A stretch of 64,000 nucleotides of DNA from Octopus sinensis (taxonomy: Eukaryota): assembly GCF_006345805.1 (NCBI RefSeq), contig NC_042998.1, forward strand, positions 30,070,001 through 30,134,000, written 5' to 3'. The notes under the pieces were generated by a model that ran no database searches, had not been told where the DNA came from, and saw only the letters and a program-made list of their open reading frames with translations. Both the position numbers and the translations under genes were made by a program. This document shows positions 1 through 13,061 of this stretch, one piece after another. Numbering within the stretch: position 1 is the stretch's first letter; every line of letters begins with the position of its first letter.

Positions 1-210
1 ATATATAAATGTATGTATATCTATTTATCCATCTATCTATCTAGCCCTGTGTCTCTGTGTATATATATTTATATATATATATGCATACTTACATGTGTGT
101 GTATATGTATATATATATTTACATACACATTTATGCATACATACATACATATATATATGTATTATGTATGTATTTGCTTATCTCTCTGTAATCATTTTAA
201 TCATTTATGA
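1..210. repeat. Compound (TA)n/(TG)n/(TACA)n microsatellite
   Basis: Low-complexity TA/TG runs; the 13..210 ORF is a Y/I/C-rich artefact. Confidence 0.85.
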
Positions 211-239
211 CTCACGTTACCTTAAGATATTAGTGATTC

Positions 240-760
240 TCTTCTAGCATATATTATGGCTAAAATGATCCTTATAGATATTGATGATCTCAGCGTTTCG
301 ATTGTGATGTATTAGCAGTTAAATTTGACAGCCGAAGTAATTAAATTAAATCTGTAATTTGATTGATAATACCGGTCGTCGATTCTGATATAAGAATCGA
401 ATCCACTCCAATATTTCTCCACATTTTCATCCCCCTGAAGATCAGAAATGCACCTTGTAAACATTCGAACAAGCAACAATATCATAATGCATCGTTGCTA
501 ATAAATTCCATTTTTATCACGTCTGAAATTAAGTGCTTGATTTTCAGCTATCAGATTTCCACATGCATGCTTTTTCAAAACAACGGAGAATTTTATAATT
601 GTTTTTTATTTTCGTTTTGCGCTTTGGAATAGTTTGAAGAGAATGTGTTTTCTATATATAACTTCGTAATAGCAAATTGCATTTGTAAGAGATTAGCTGT
701 ATCACCCACCAGATTCTCATGCAATTCACGCTGAATAAATTGCATAATAAGAGATATAAC
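240..760 (-). pseudogene. Possible heavily decayed hAT-like transposase C-terminal remnant
   Basis: Minus-strand pieces DENVEKYWS (405-431) and LLIHHNRNAE (289-318) lie in the order expected for the W..i / L.lPHsNA..ER motifs of the hAT dimerisation region; many stops and frameshifts. Confidence 0.25.
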
Positions 761-1239
761 ACAATAATGTTTCGAGCTAGCCATCTTAAATTGTTGGACG
801 CTCAAACCCTACTAAGGAAACAAAACATGGATTAATAATATTTAAGTAAACCTAACGAAGTCAGTGGGGAGAATTCAGATTTTAAAATATTCTTTCCTTA
901 ATTCAGTCATGTATACATAAGTACATATGCCGGAATAATAAAACAATATAAATTCGTAGAAAATAAACCAAGACAATAACTGGCAGGAAAATAAATACTG
1001 TATAAATGTTAATTCACTTAACAGAGGCAATGAAACTTATGGAGGGGAAATATTACTGAGAACTGCTTAACATGATAAAATGCTGGAAGGACAGCCAAAT
1101 TATAGGAAAATTACGTTATTGTGGTTTTAAAATGGGTTGATGCGCCAGATTTTAAATTGTTTAAAACAGGGAATGTGTAGAATAATCTGTTATAACTTGC
1201 ATGAGACGGAATGATACAGAGCTGCAAGCAAGAAGTATA

Positions 1240-1410
1240 GGTTTGTGCGTGCGAGTGTGTGTGTATGTATGTGTGTGTGTTTGACTGCGTGTACACATGT
1301 GCCTATATGTGTTTGTGTGCCCGTATGCGTGTGTGTGTGTATGTGTGTGTGTATGTGTGGTGTGCATCTCTTGATTGTGAAAGTGTATGTGGGTGTGTGG
1401 TTAATTACGT

Positions 1411-1471
<61 letters not shown>

Positions 1472-1500
1472 GTATGTGCGCGTGGGAAGTATACGTATGT
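1240..1500. repeat. (TG)n plus (CT)n microsatellites
   Basis: Direct inspection; explains the overlapping 1111-1673 ORFs. Confidence 0.9.
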
Positions 1501-1844
1501 TCCGTGGTGTTTGTGGTTCTTTGTTTTTATGTATTTCAACTCAGAGAAAAATCGAAGTTTGTTCAAAAGATATATTCCATTATATAGAGATAGGAGATAT
1601 ATTCCATTATATAGAGATAAGAGATAATGGTTTCATTGACACCCAAAGGTGTCAGGTAATGCTGAATAAGTGATATACACAGACCATAGTTAAATTCCAG
1701 ATTCGGTAATATTGCGAATAAAGGGTTCAACGTTGGTTCTGTCAGCGTATGTATATATGAATTTTTTGCGTAATGAGATAAAAAACCAAGGCTGTATAGA
1801 TACTAGAGCATTTATCTATATCTATCTATCTATACATGCTCTAA

Positions 1845-1885
<41 letters not shown>

Positions 1886-2179
1886 GAATTATAACTGTTT
1901 ATAATTTTCACCTTAAAAGGTATCTTAATATGCTGGCCACTGATAAAATATTTCTGAATAATTTTATCCTTATATTAGAAGTATATATTATATATATATA
2001 TATCTTTCAATAGGTGAATGAATTATCCTATGATTATCGTCACCATGGAAAATTCGTTGAGCCGATACCAGGGTAGCAAATTCAGGTCAGAAACACGGTT
2101 GAAGCGACGGGTTCATGTGCAGAAACTTATGTGTTATAACTGAATAAATGAAAGAATGGAGTCGAACGAAGATACTCCA

Positions 2180-2199
2180 TTCTTTCATTTATATATATA

Positions 2200-2245
<46 letters not shown>

Positions 2246-2354
2246 ACATATAGATACACACATATATAACTATACGTATATACATATATGTATATATATA
2301 TATATAATTATGTGTGTGTTCATATATATAACTATATATGTATATACATAATTA

Positions 2355-2400
<46 letters not shown>

Positions 2401-2428
2401 TATGTGTATATATATATATGATTGTATA

Positions 2429-2461
<33 letters not shown>

Positions 2462-2502
2462 GATTATATATGTGTTAAATATATATAATTATATATGTGC
2501 AT

Positions 2503-2536
<34 letters not shown>

Positions 2537-2560
2537 ATTATATATGTGTATATATAGGTA
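2180..2560. repeat. (TA)n microsatellite with a recurring ATAATTATATATGTGT motif
   Basis: Direct inspection. Confidence 0.9.
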
Positions 2561-2955
2561 ATTTAGGTAAACCAACTTAAAGCAAATAAGTTAATAAAAC
2601 TTCGTAATTCTTATATACTATAAATAAATTAAAGCTAATCCCATAGAAATAATATAACGATTTTTCATTGTGAAAAACAATACTCCCAATTCTTTCTTTT
2701 GACCCCCAAAGTCTGCCAAGGTATAAGTAGTAACATTAATTAATAAAGAAATAAACTGAATGACCTCTTTTCTAGTGTTGCACCGAAATCTGTTAATACT
2801 TTTTCCTATAGTGATAACCTTTTGACCCGCCTTTACCTTCCCTTGTCCTCTTTCTATAGCAATTAACAACGGAATACTGGTCAAGATTAGCTTTCTTTTT
2901 TTAAAACTCTTAGATTCTTACAAATCCTAACCCAGTCAGGAGTATCTAGTATCTA

Positions 2956-3126
2956 GGCGCAGGAGTGGCTGTGTGGTAAGTAGCTTGCTAACCAACCACA
3001 TGGTTCCGGGTTCAGTCCCACTGCGTGGCATCTTGGGCAAGTGTCTTCTGCTATAGCCCCGGGCCGACCAATGCCTTGTGAGTGGATTTGGTAGACGGAA
3101 ACTGAAAGAAGCCTGTCGTATATATG

Positions 3127-3159
<33 letters not shown>

Positions 3160-3373
3160 GTGTGTGTTTGTGTTTGTCCCCCTAGCATTGCTTGACCACC
3201 GATGCTGGTGTGTTTACGTCCCCGTCACTTAGCGGTTCGCAAAAGAGACCGATCGAATAAGTACTGGGCTTACAAAGAATAAGTCCCGGGGTCGATTTGC
3301 TCGACTAAAGGTGGTGCTCCAGCATGGCCGCAGTCAAATGACTGAAACAAGTAAAAGAGTAAAAGAGTAAAGA
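2956..3373 (+). mobile_element. SINE-B, full length (tRNA-derived head, CORE-like CTTGGGCAAG block, internal TA/TG microsatellite, GTAAAAGA tail repeats)
   Basis: Head GGCGCAGGAGTGGCTGTGTGGTAAG with A box and B box GGTTCAGTCC; about 13 homologous copies or fragments in the window. Confidence 0.9.
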
Positions 3374-3877
3374 GTCAGCTTGTCTCCACTGAAAGAAACT
3401 ATTCTGCGTAGGTGGATATTTACAATCCCATTCCTTCTCAGTTACCCTTTATACCTTTGTGAGTGATTGTCTATACGCTCCACTAAATTTCCTTCAACAA
3501 ATTCTAACATAGCAGTTTTGAAAAATGATCAGAAATGCAACCAACATACCTTCATACATCAGGAAACCCACTTTATTATGAACTAATTATGGATAAATAC
3601 ATCATCTGTGAGTATGAAATCTCTCCTCATATCTCCAGAATTCAAATATTCTTCATTATTATGGATGGATTTACATTTTCAATTTCTGTGAAACTAAGAG
3701 GTTTTTTAAAATACTATTTTAAACCCTGTTATTTGACTGTGCAACATTAGAGAACTTTGGATGTCCGTTAGAACTTTGGATGTCCGTTTATTATCTAAAT
3801 CTGATTTTTATAGAATTATCCCGAATGTTTAATGAGTGCAGCCTCACCCCCTTAGATGTTTTGAGAACTCAGATGTT

Positions 3878-3967
3878 TTTTTGGCTGATGAGTACGGGCC
3901 ACGTGTATTTGCTGCAATATTTTCAGCCTTAATAAAGGTGTCTTCGTACGAAACAATTGTACTGAAA
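3878..3967 (+). ncRNA. Putative minimal type I hammerhead ribozyme (Penelope-type)
   Basis: CTGATGA 3885-3891; stem II GTACG/CGTAC (3892-3896/3945-3949) with a long loop; GAAA 3950-3953; palindromic stem III ACAATTGT; H17=A at 3961; stem I TTTTGG/CTGAAA with two G-U pairs. Confidence 0.6.
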
Positions 3968-4559
3968 TATTGATCCATTTTTGTTGCTTTTTTCTTGCTT
4001 ATAATCACCCCGCATTATCTTATGGTTAATACCATATAGATTTCTGGTGCATCTAAGTTAAGTACCTCATTCATGTGAATTCAACAGAAGTCACTTGAAT
4101 CTTGATTACTTTTACTATATATATATATATACATATATAATGTAAGTAGATGTGTGTCTGTGTGAGTATAGTGTCTTTGTGCTTATGTGTGTGTTAATGT
4201 GTGTGTGTATGTATGTGCGTGATCTGTTTGTTTTCTTTTGCTTATCCAACACCAAAGCTGTGTTCATTATGAAGCTTTGCACTGCCTCCTACTCTCGAAG
4301 TTGATATTGCTGCCATTTAGAAAGAAAGGAAACATTTTTAAACTCTTGTCTTCGTGATGGTATACTTCTGAAATATTATACTGTGAGTAATGTGTTATAG
4401 CTTCAGAAATGATAGAATGGCAGCGACATTTCAACAAGAATGAAATCTAATGTTTACCTATGTTTTGCAAAGTGTGGTATCTTGACTCGCGCGTGACCTG
4501 GATTAAATTGAGGGAGGGTTGCGCAACATGATCTAGCTTACTATCACTTCCTTTGCTAT

Positions 4560-4900
4560 ATGACTCCAATGGCAGGACGAAGTGAAGATGACTAGAGTTA
4601 AGTCGGGATGTAGTGATAAACACAGTGTCCTTCATGCGTCACTCGGCATTGTTCGCGCTCGACAACATTTGCTGTTCTTCCCTCCTGCCAGTGGAACCAA
4701 TCTGGGGGTTTACTCTCCTCAGCACACTGGGTCTAGACTTCATATTCATAGGTAGACTAGCCCTAGCTCACTGCATCTTCGAAATCCGTCGGCTACCCTC
4801 ACCATGGTTAAGCCGGCCTGTGGAAGACGTTGCAGGAGGTGTGGCTTCTCTTGCATAAGGACAGTTTTGATAAGCCACAAGTTAGAACTGGGTGTTTGTT
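4560..4900 (-). mobile_element. Decayed 5' region of an RTE-like LINE
   Basis: Minus frame reads ...QQMLSSANNAE*RMKDTVFITT, resembling the run-up to the I.TWNVRTL start of the RTE endonuclease; GC content is above the flanks. Confidence 0.4.
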
Positions 4901-6001
4901 GAAGACCAAAGCGAACGAACCACTAAGAAGAATAATACACGTGACTCGACCCATACACAAGTTATCCCACCCGTAAACAAGTTACACCTCCGAAGACTAA
5001 CACAAGTTACTCTACCCGTTCATCCCATAATAAAAAAGACAAGTTTCAGTGAATGAGCAAGTAGTATTTTTCATGATACTTTAGTTAAGAGATTTAAATC
5101 AGGTAAAAATGCAATTAAACTGTTGAAATTAGAAGAGAGCGTTTCGGTTAGCGTGAAAAACATTTCATACCCATGTCATTTGCACGATGCTTCTTAATTT
5201 TAGAAGTTTCTGCATCAACCGGAGGATTAGTTACTTTAGATGTTTGGTGGGCGAATGTTGTTTGTAGCTTTTAAAATTGGAAATTCTTGTCAGATTTCAA
5301 TCAATCGCTTCTCGGTGGACAAACTAAAATTCTATTCAACGATATCAAACTTCGAGTTAGCTTCCAAAAGGCATTTCATTGATGCTTTGAAACCAGTTGC
5401 ATGATGCATACTAAATATATTGTCAACAGGGATTCTAGAAATATTCAAATAAGAGCATCAGAACAAATTTGATAAGAGTGATTGCTTTGAAATTTAGTTC
5501 GAACAATAAAGAGATCCACGAATTGGCCCTTATTCGAAACGTGTTCGATGTAATTATAATTTTTCAATAATTACTTTGGGGCAAATAGCAGTTCGGCCTG
5601 CTAATGAAAGCTGTAGGAAGTATAGGATTATTGCATAACAATGTAAGCGATATGAAATGGAGAGGGTTCCCCTATAAATATGAACAAGCAACTTTTATTT
5701 TGTTCTTTTATTCATGTACTTGTTTCAGTGATTTTGACTGTGGGCGCGGAAACTTATTGCTATGAATTTAATGCTGGTTTGTAATTTACTGATGCAGGAG
5801 TGAAGGTTAAACAATAAACACAAATATCAGAAGGTCAATCTTATAAGTATCTACAAACGGTAAAAGAAAACCACTCTACTTCATAACTGGGGCAAATATT
5901 CTACTGCTAAAGCGTGTACTCACACACGTAAATACATATGTGCACATATAGAAGGATCGAGTGATTGATATATGAATGGACAGATATCGAAATATACACA
6001 G

Positions 6002-6035
<34 letters not shown>

Positions 6036-6042
6036 GCATACA

Positions 6043-6274
6043 GGCGGCGAGCTGGCAGAAACGTTAGCGTGCCGGGCGAAATGCTTAGCAGTATTTCGTG
6101 TGTCGTTACCTTCTGAGTTCAAATTCTGCCGAGGTCGACTTTGCCTTTCATCCTTTTGGGGTCGATAAATAAAGTACCAGTTTCGCACTGGGGTCGATGT
6201 AATCGACTTAACCCCTTTGTCTGTCCTTGTTTGTCCCCCTCTGTGTTTAGCTCCTTGTGGGCAATAAAGAAATA
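6043..6274 (+). mobile_element. SINE-A, full length, tail type A, 16-bp TSD
   Basis: Head GGCGGCGAGCTGGCAGAAACG, B box GAGTTCAAAT, Nin/Deu-like core GCCTTTCATCCTTTTGGGGTCGATAAA, tail ending AATAAAGAAATA; TSD TATATATATGCATACA at 6027-6042 and 6275-6290. Confidence 0.95.
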
Positions 6275-6409
6275 TATATATATGCATACATACATACACA
6301 CACGCGTGTGTGTGTGTTTGTATATACAGAGGATGTATGTATTGTCTTTTTTTTTTATAAATGTATAATATCGCACGTAACGTTTCTTAATGCTGTAAAA
6401 ATCTACTAC

Positions 6410-6555
6410 AGGCACAAGACCTGAAATTTTGCGGAGAAGTGTCGGCAGATAACAGTGTTCAACTGGGAATTATTTGCTCAACCCGAAAGGAAGGGGGTAA
6501 AAGCGACGTTGCCGGATTTTGAACTCCGCTTCCTAACGATTTTGCCAGCTCGCGG
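6410..6555 (-). mobile_element. Degenerate SINE-A, tail type B
   Basis: GGCACAAGACCTGAAATTTT tail and TTTGCCAGCTCGC head remnant. Confidence 0.6.
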
Positions 6556-7084
6556 ACTTTGATTGCAGCTATAATAAAGAATGAGTATACATCAAGATTG
6601 TGTTATTAATATGAATTTATCACGTTGTATGTATGCGTGTCTATGTATTTGTACACTATATAGTGATGCGCGCGTGCGCATCTTGTTCGCCATGAAATTA
6701 AAGAGTAACATTGATTTCGTTGGCTCGCTTTGTGTTTGTCTCATTCAAACAAATATTTGGAATCACTCTCATTGGACTTAGAACACATACGCAGACAACA
6801 TAGACACACACTCTACACACACACACGCAGGCACACACACACACTTGTGTATGCATGTCTATACAAGTCGAAACAGTGTCTGGCGTTTCCCTTAAGTTCA
6901 TATTGGATCATCAGTTAAGTTATGATTCGACAAACCTGAAAGAATCATTAATGCTTTCTATGTTATACGATAGCGAAATCTTTTTTCCCGACGCATATAA
7001 CTTGAAGTGGGTGTGTGCATATGTGTGTACGTATGTTTCCATGTATGTAGGCATCTATGCATGTATGTGTGTGTGGAACAAATA

Positions 7085-7228
7085 TAGTATTATTGGACGC
7101 TCAGGAAAGAAGGAGGGTTTAATGTTTCGAGCGGAGCTCTTCGTCGGAAACATAGAAGGAAAGATCCAGAGAAGGGAAAACAGAGGGAAAAAAATCGCCA
7201 ACGTTACACACGCGGTCACATTTTGAAA
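7085..7228 (-). mobile_element. Non-autonomous hammerhead-bearing repeat, left inverted copy
   Basis: Reverse complement of 7249-7470; carries GTTT-CCGACGA-A-GAGC-TCC-GCTC-GAAA-CAT-T-AAAC at 7151-7117. Confidence 0.75.
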
Positions 7229-7248
7229 TATATATATATATATATATT

Positions 7249-7526
7249 TCAAAATGTGACCGCGTGTGTAACGTTGGCGATTTTGAAAACCTGTCCCCTC
7301 TCGTCTACGACTTCCGCCTCTCAGTAAGTTTACCTCTTGAAGACCACTCGCGTTTTTTTCCCTCTGTCCTCCCACCTCGGGATCTTTCTTTCTCTTATGT
7401 TTCCGACGAAGAGCTCCGCTCGAAACGTCATACCCTTTTTTCCCCTTTTTTTCCTGAGCGCCTAATAATACTTCAATTGTTCCACTTTTTGCGTTGTTGT
7501 CTTTTTTGTTTTTCTTGTTTGGATTA

Positions 7527-7530
<4 letters not shown>
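7249..7530 (+). mobile_element. Non-autonomous hammerhead-bearing repeat, right copy
   Basis: Starts TTTCAAAATGTGACCGCG like the left copy; hammerhead-like motif at 7399-7433 (CCGACGA-A-GAGC/GCTC-GAAA-CGTC); ends in a (TA)n tract. Confidence 0.75.
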
Positions 7531-7612
<82 letters not shown>

Positions 7613-8289
7613 GTGTACGTGTGTGTAATGTGATACGACTATATCAGACACTGTGTGTAATATTAAAACTCTTGTTAATAATCTTTAAATACATGGTACA
7701 TGAATACGTTCTCTAAATGTACCCAATATTTAAAATTTTCTGGCATAAATGAGTAAAAATAAGAAAAATCTAATTATATAAAGATCTAAAGATGAATGAT
7801 AACTAATCCTCGAAGGGCAGTCTCACTTTGGAACAACAAGCACAGAAACTTAAAACTCATCTTTCCTCGAAAAAATTACGCTTAAAAATAACGCGAAAAA
7901 AATTTCGAAATTCATTTTCTCGTTCATAAAGATTTTATATGTGTTGTGCAATCTGTGGTGCAATAATTCGCCTTGCAATATGGCATTCTATTTGCAATCA
8001 ACGTTTGTAGCTTTGTAATTGATTTTATCTTCATAACGTCTATTAAACTTCCCTTCTACTATTCTGTTAAAAGGTAGCGTATTTGTTTCTTTGCAAATGT
8101 GGAGAGTAAAAATGCAATCGCTTAGCATTCTATAGACACATGAATATTTAACAGAATGTGATAACGAGGCCCTTTCAAATACAATTAGTTTTAGCCAAAT
8201 AAGTGGACTGGGACAACGGTAAGTAAAATGTCTTTATGAAGGATGAAACGCGCTGCCCAGAATCAAACTCATGATGTTACTCCTGTGAG

Positions 8290-8598
8290 CTAAACTTAAG
8301 TACCAGTTGCGTACTGGTGTCAATCTACTCGATTGGTCTCCTACCCCAAAATTTCGGGCCTTGTTCCCAGAATAGAAAAGAATATGGTAAGGCGGCGAGC
8401 TGGCAGAAACGTTAGCACGCCGGGCAAAATACTCAGCGGAATTTCATCTGTCTCTACGTTCTGAGTTCAAATTTCGCCGAAGTCAACTTTGCCTTTCAGG
8501 CTTTTGGGGTTGATAAATTAAATACCAGTTGCGTACCGGGGTCGATGTAATCGACTAGCCGCCTCCCCAAAAATTTCGGGCCTTGTGCCTAGAGTACA
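8290..8598 (+). mobile_element. SINE-A tail type B: 3' fragment (8290-8385) followed by a full copy (8388-8598)
   Basis: Same head and core as 6043, but the tail is CTCCCCAAAAATTTCGGGCCTTGTGCCTAGAGTA. Confidence 0.85.
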
Positions 8599-10626
8599 TA
8601 TATGCCCTCATAAGAGCTATAAATCCCAGTCAACCCTCATATAGCTAATATGAAAAATAAATAAAATTATACTTCAGTTAAAAAAGAGAAAAACATGCGC
8701 CGATATTTCCCGCTCGCATGTCTGCGTTAAGCATCTGTGTATGTATACTTTTGAGTTTGCCACCAAGACAAACAGTACTCAATACGGAAGTAGATTGTAA
8801 ATGCTTATCGTAAAGCTGAATTTTATCACAGCTCAGCAACCATTTGTGCATAGAATAGGGTTATGTTTGTGAATCTATATATAGTGACTTTTGCCTCTTA
8901 TCAAAGTCAGCTTATACATTATTCTGTCAATTTCTTAACTCACAACAGAGGCATTTCGAAATTAACGACAGATTGTATAAATATTAGATAATATAAATAT
9001 TATACAAACAGTATATTACAAATTTCCATGTCCTTGAAATATCATATTGAAAACTTACTAGAAGCTCAAATATATATTTCTTATCAGTATTCCATCGCAT
9101 CGATATTTGACCGAAATGCACTTCAAAACCTTTGCTTATTTAACAACTGTTATGGCGTTAGGATTAAAAAGAATAAAAAACAAATTCTGCATAGATTATT
9201 CAACTATTAAACGTCTACATATATATTTTTTTCCTATTTCCGCAGGACTTAAACTATTGAGTAAACTCACAGGAATACTATTCTTCACTTTGTATCTATC
9301 TTGCATTGACTTTTATTGCATATAAAGTTACAAAGCATAGCATATTGTAAACAAATCTACTTTGAGTAAACAGGGTCATTAGAAAACCATTAACTTATTT
9401 CCTGTCGAACTTTTCCTCACAGGTATTTCTCTCCGCAAAATATAACACAAACATTCTTTCTGATCGTCTGACAAGAAACTCACTCTACTAGACTCATTAC
9501 TCAAAGAGTTATTTGCTACTTAATTACAAAATATATACAACTGTTTTGCAAATTTTCACAAATAAAATACCTGATTCTTTCACATTTGTAAGAAACATAT
9601 GCACATTAGGGGATATTTTATTAAAACACCATTGTTACATCCATCTTGAAAAGACTAATATTTTAACATATAAAAAAAACAGACAATTTACAGCGTAATA
9701 GAAGATTGTTATCTAGATTTCCCATTTAAACGAACGAAATCGAAAAAATAAAACATAACCAAATTATTAGACGTAGCCTATGTAAGATTCTTTACACTTT
9801 AGCAGCGATCTTTGGCAAGCGATCAAATTTATAGAGCATAGACGAAGAATGTCTGAAATGACAGTTCTATGTACGGAACTTATATGAGATATTAATGTGC
9901 ACTCAATAACTTCTATATCATCACACTAGGGAATAGATGCTAATGGTTGTTTTGTCTTCTCATCATAGATTTTTCAATCTCTTAACGGGAACTTCTTCAC
10001 GGGTTTCATGTTTTTTTATGCCGCATACTGATAAATGGTAAGCAGAAGGAGTCAAAACCTAAAACGTCGATCGCATTGGATTTATGACAGAATGCACAAA
10101 TAGTTTTTACGCTTGAATGGCTTTGCGAAATGCACTGAACTTGTTTAAGATATTGCAGAATATAAATTATATATAAATACTATCAATATTAGAATTTACA
10201 TGCTTACGAAAAGAAAAAAAAATGGCTAATAGAAGTATACAATTTCGCAACATTTACTCAAATATATTCTGACATTATCTAAATCTGCATGTGTTTGTGT
10301 ACACACACAAGTATCTGTCCGTCCTCTCTTCCGCTCACTCTCTCTTCACTCACACACATTTATGTATATCATGTATCAATTACACACAAACACACACAAG
10401 CACATATATATGTGTATGTGTGTGTGGTGGGGGATGTTTATACATTAGTAGAAAATAGGGGGAATGAGTACGTAGTACCGCAATGGACAGATAGATACAT
10501 CCTTTATTTTTTGATTAATCCTTAGAAAAATGCTTGAAAAGATTGCATGATTTATCCACATGAAACCATAGATCATATTGCCAGTCTATTACACACACAC
10601 ATACACACGCACAAACACCCACACAC

Positions 10627-10661
<35 letters not shown>

Positions 10662-12230
10662 CGAAATCTAAAATCTATATGAAGATATATATTTTTCAAA
10701 CATCTGAAGATTATAGAATTATTCGTTTATTGTCATTAGCAAATTTATGAGAAAATAATGTGAGAAATATAGTAGAACATTCATCACCTATACTTTTCTA
10801 TCGAATTTACTGCTCGAGTAAAAATCAGTCAATGACTGACATTCCTCTCACTCGGTGTTTGCTCGAAGATTATATAAGGATCAAATATATGAATAATTAC
10901 ACGAAACGTGAACAATCAGGCGTACAATTACGTGGGGAATCTGTATAATATAATACAACTTCATATCGAATGACTTATTAAAAACATTTGCTGTGTCAAC
11001 AACTGTCCATTATCAATAAACCTACACAATATCGGTTTGCTTAATGGCGAATAGAGTGAATGCGATCAATCGAGATATCAATTCCTGTTAACACAAAATA
11101 TAGAATAAAAAATAAAAAACAGCACATTGAATATATTAGTGGGTAAGCCCTTTGGAAGGAACTTATTTACATAGAGAAATTTGCAATAGTTGCATTAAAA
11201 AAACAAAAACTGTAATTCATGCACAAGCCAAACCAAAAGAGAAAAAGTATGTTAGGTATAAACAACATTTGTGTTAAATATGAGAATTGTTGAGGATAAA
11301 AGAATAAAAACAAACTTACAATTACAGGGAGACGAGGATTTAAATGAAACATTTGTATATACTATTAATAACTGAGCAATTTATTACCATGTGCTTAGAC
11401 TCTTGTTTCCTTTCATTTCTTAAACAAAAGGTGTAACAATATACATGCAAATATAAATGAGAATATAAGACAGGATTTATAAACATTTGTTGATCTATTA
11501 TAATTTGCTGAAAAAGAAAAAGCTGAACAAAATATAAATGCTTAATTATGTATAAAATGTGAAACTAATTTGTCGTGTATTCACCCTCAGTTAAATAAAT
11601 GCGTTCTGGTTTTCCTCAATGAAAAGAAGTCATCTCATGTAAGCCACATGTGCATACACGTAATAGTTATATTCCAGCTATATTGAAATTTGCATTTCTA
11701 TACAAACACGGAGGAAATGGTACGGGTTGATGGCGATGTCAAATTACGTGTGACTACATCATGAGTAAAAGAGGGGTGATAAAAATAAGATTCAGCATTC
11801 TGAGACAAACAATTTTATCGTTTTCTTTTTTTTTTTTCGCATGAAGGAACATATTTTGCGTGCATTTAAAATAAATTTATGTAAAACTATTTTTGCGAGG
11901 TGTCGCAATCAATCAAAATATATATTACATAACATGTCTCAATCTAAATGATGAGGTATCAGAATCCCTTCATTTATGAGAAAAATCACGGAATAACACA
12001 ATAAATCATATAAAAATTGATGCATATTGAATGTGTAAATTTTCGAGTCTAAGAATCGCAATAGGAATATTTTTTCTAATAATTAACTGCGTTTTTTCTG
12101 ATTCTATCTACAGTAATCACATTCAGAATTCCACATAACCCATGAAACTTCTTACAACAAATATAACCCAATTTGCAATTATATATATATATTCATATAC
12201 ATACATACATACATATATAATTAATAAATA

Positions 12231-12470
12231 ATATTTCGTTTTGGGATTTGGTTTGCAAGATTCTTTATATGAGTTCGTGTGTTGAAGCATATTCTATTGT
12301 GTCTGGGGAGATTCATTTTCTTTTTGTGCCTTATAATGTAACACATTCACCGGTAAAATTTCCACTTATTTCTTATTTTTATTTTCCTAAAAAATTCGTT
12401 GTGTCTTGCAAGCTTTTCAATAGTCTTAAGAAATAAGTGAAAATTTTACCGGTGAGTGTGTGACATTATA
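12231..12470. mobile_element. Palindromic MITE-like element family P1 (left terminus, left arm, partly deleted right arm)
   Basis: Reverse-complement homology to 47186-47465; internal inverted repeat CACCGGTAAAATTCCACTTATTTC / GAAATAAGTGAAAATTTTACCGGTG. Confidence 0.75.
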
Positions 12471-12814
12471 ATAATTAATAGTTCGGACTAATAGGTGTAA
12501 GTCGAGAAGTGTGTTTAATTGTTGAGTGGAGCATTGGCACAGTTCGGGCTACCTGTTGTCCGTAGTCGTGCTATATTTCTATGGGTGGAAACGAATGCTG
12601 TATAGAATACAGTTTAATACCAAATCTATCTTCTCGTTACTTAAAATAATCTTGAAATAAATCTGAATAATGACATACAGATGTCCTTTTCTTCACCAAA
12701 ATTCTTATGGTATCCGTAATATGAAATGTAAGTAACATAGGAAATGGTATCAATTTGGGTGGATTTTGACAGAGAAATCTAGTAAATGCTACGCAAATAT
12801 CGTATATTCTTTTA

Positions 12815-13061
12815 AAATGCGCCCTTTTAAAGCCTAACCAGGCTCATGGACCCTGTTTCAATGGCGTATGTGTTCTCCAGCTGGACGAGACGCCAGTCCA
12901 TCGCAGCGTTCCTCACTTTTGCCAGCTGAGTGGTGGACTGGAGCAACGGGAAATGAAGTGTTTTGCTCAAGAACACAACGCGTCGCCCGGTCCAGGAATC
13001 GAAACCACAATCTTACGATCATGATGCTGACACCCCAACCACTAAGCCACGCGCCTCCACA
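12815..13061 (-). mobile_element. SINE-C (tRNA head, CORE-like block, V-domain-like TGCGATGGACTGGCGTCTCGTCCAG)
   Basis: Head GGAGGCGCGTGGCTTAGTGGTT...GGTTTCGATTCC; homologous to 48471 and 59694. Confidence 0.85.
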
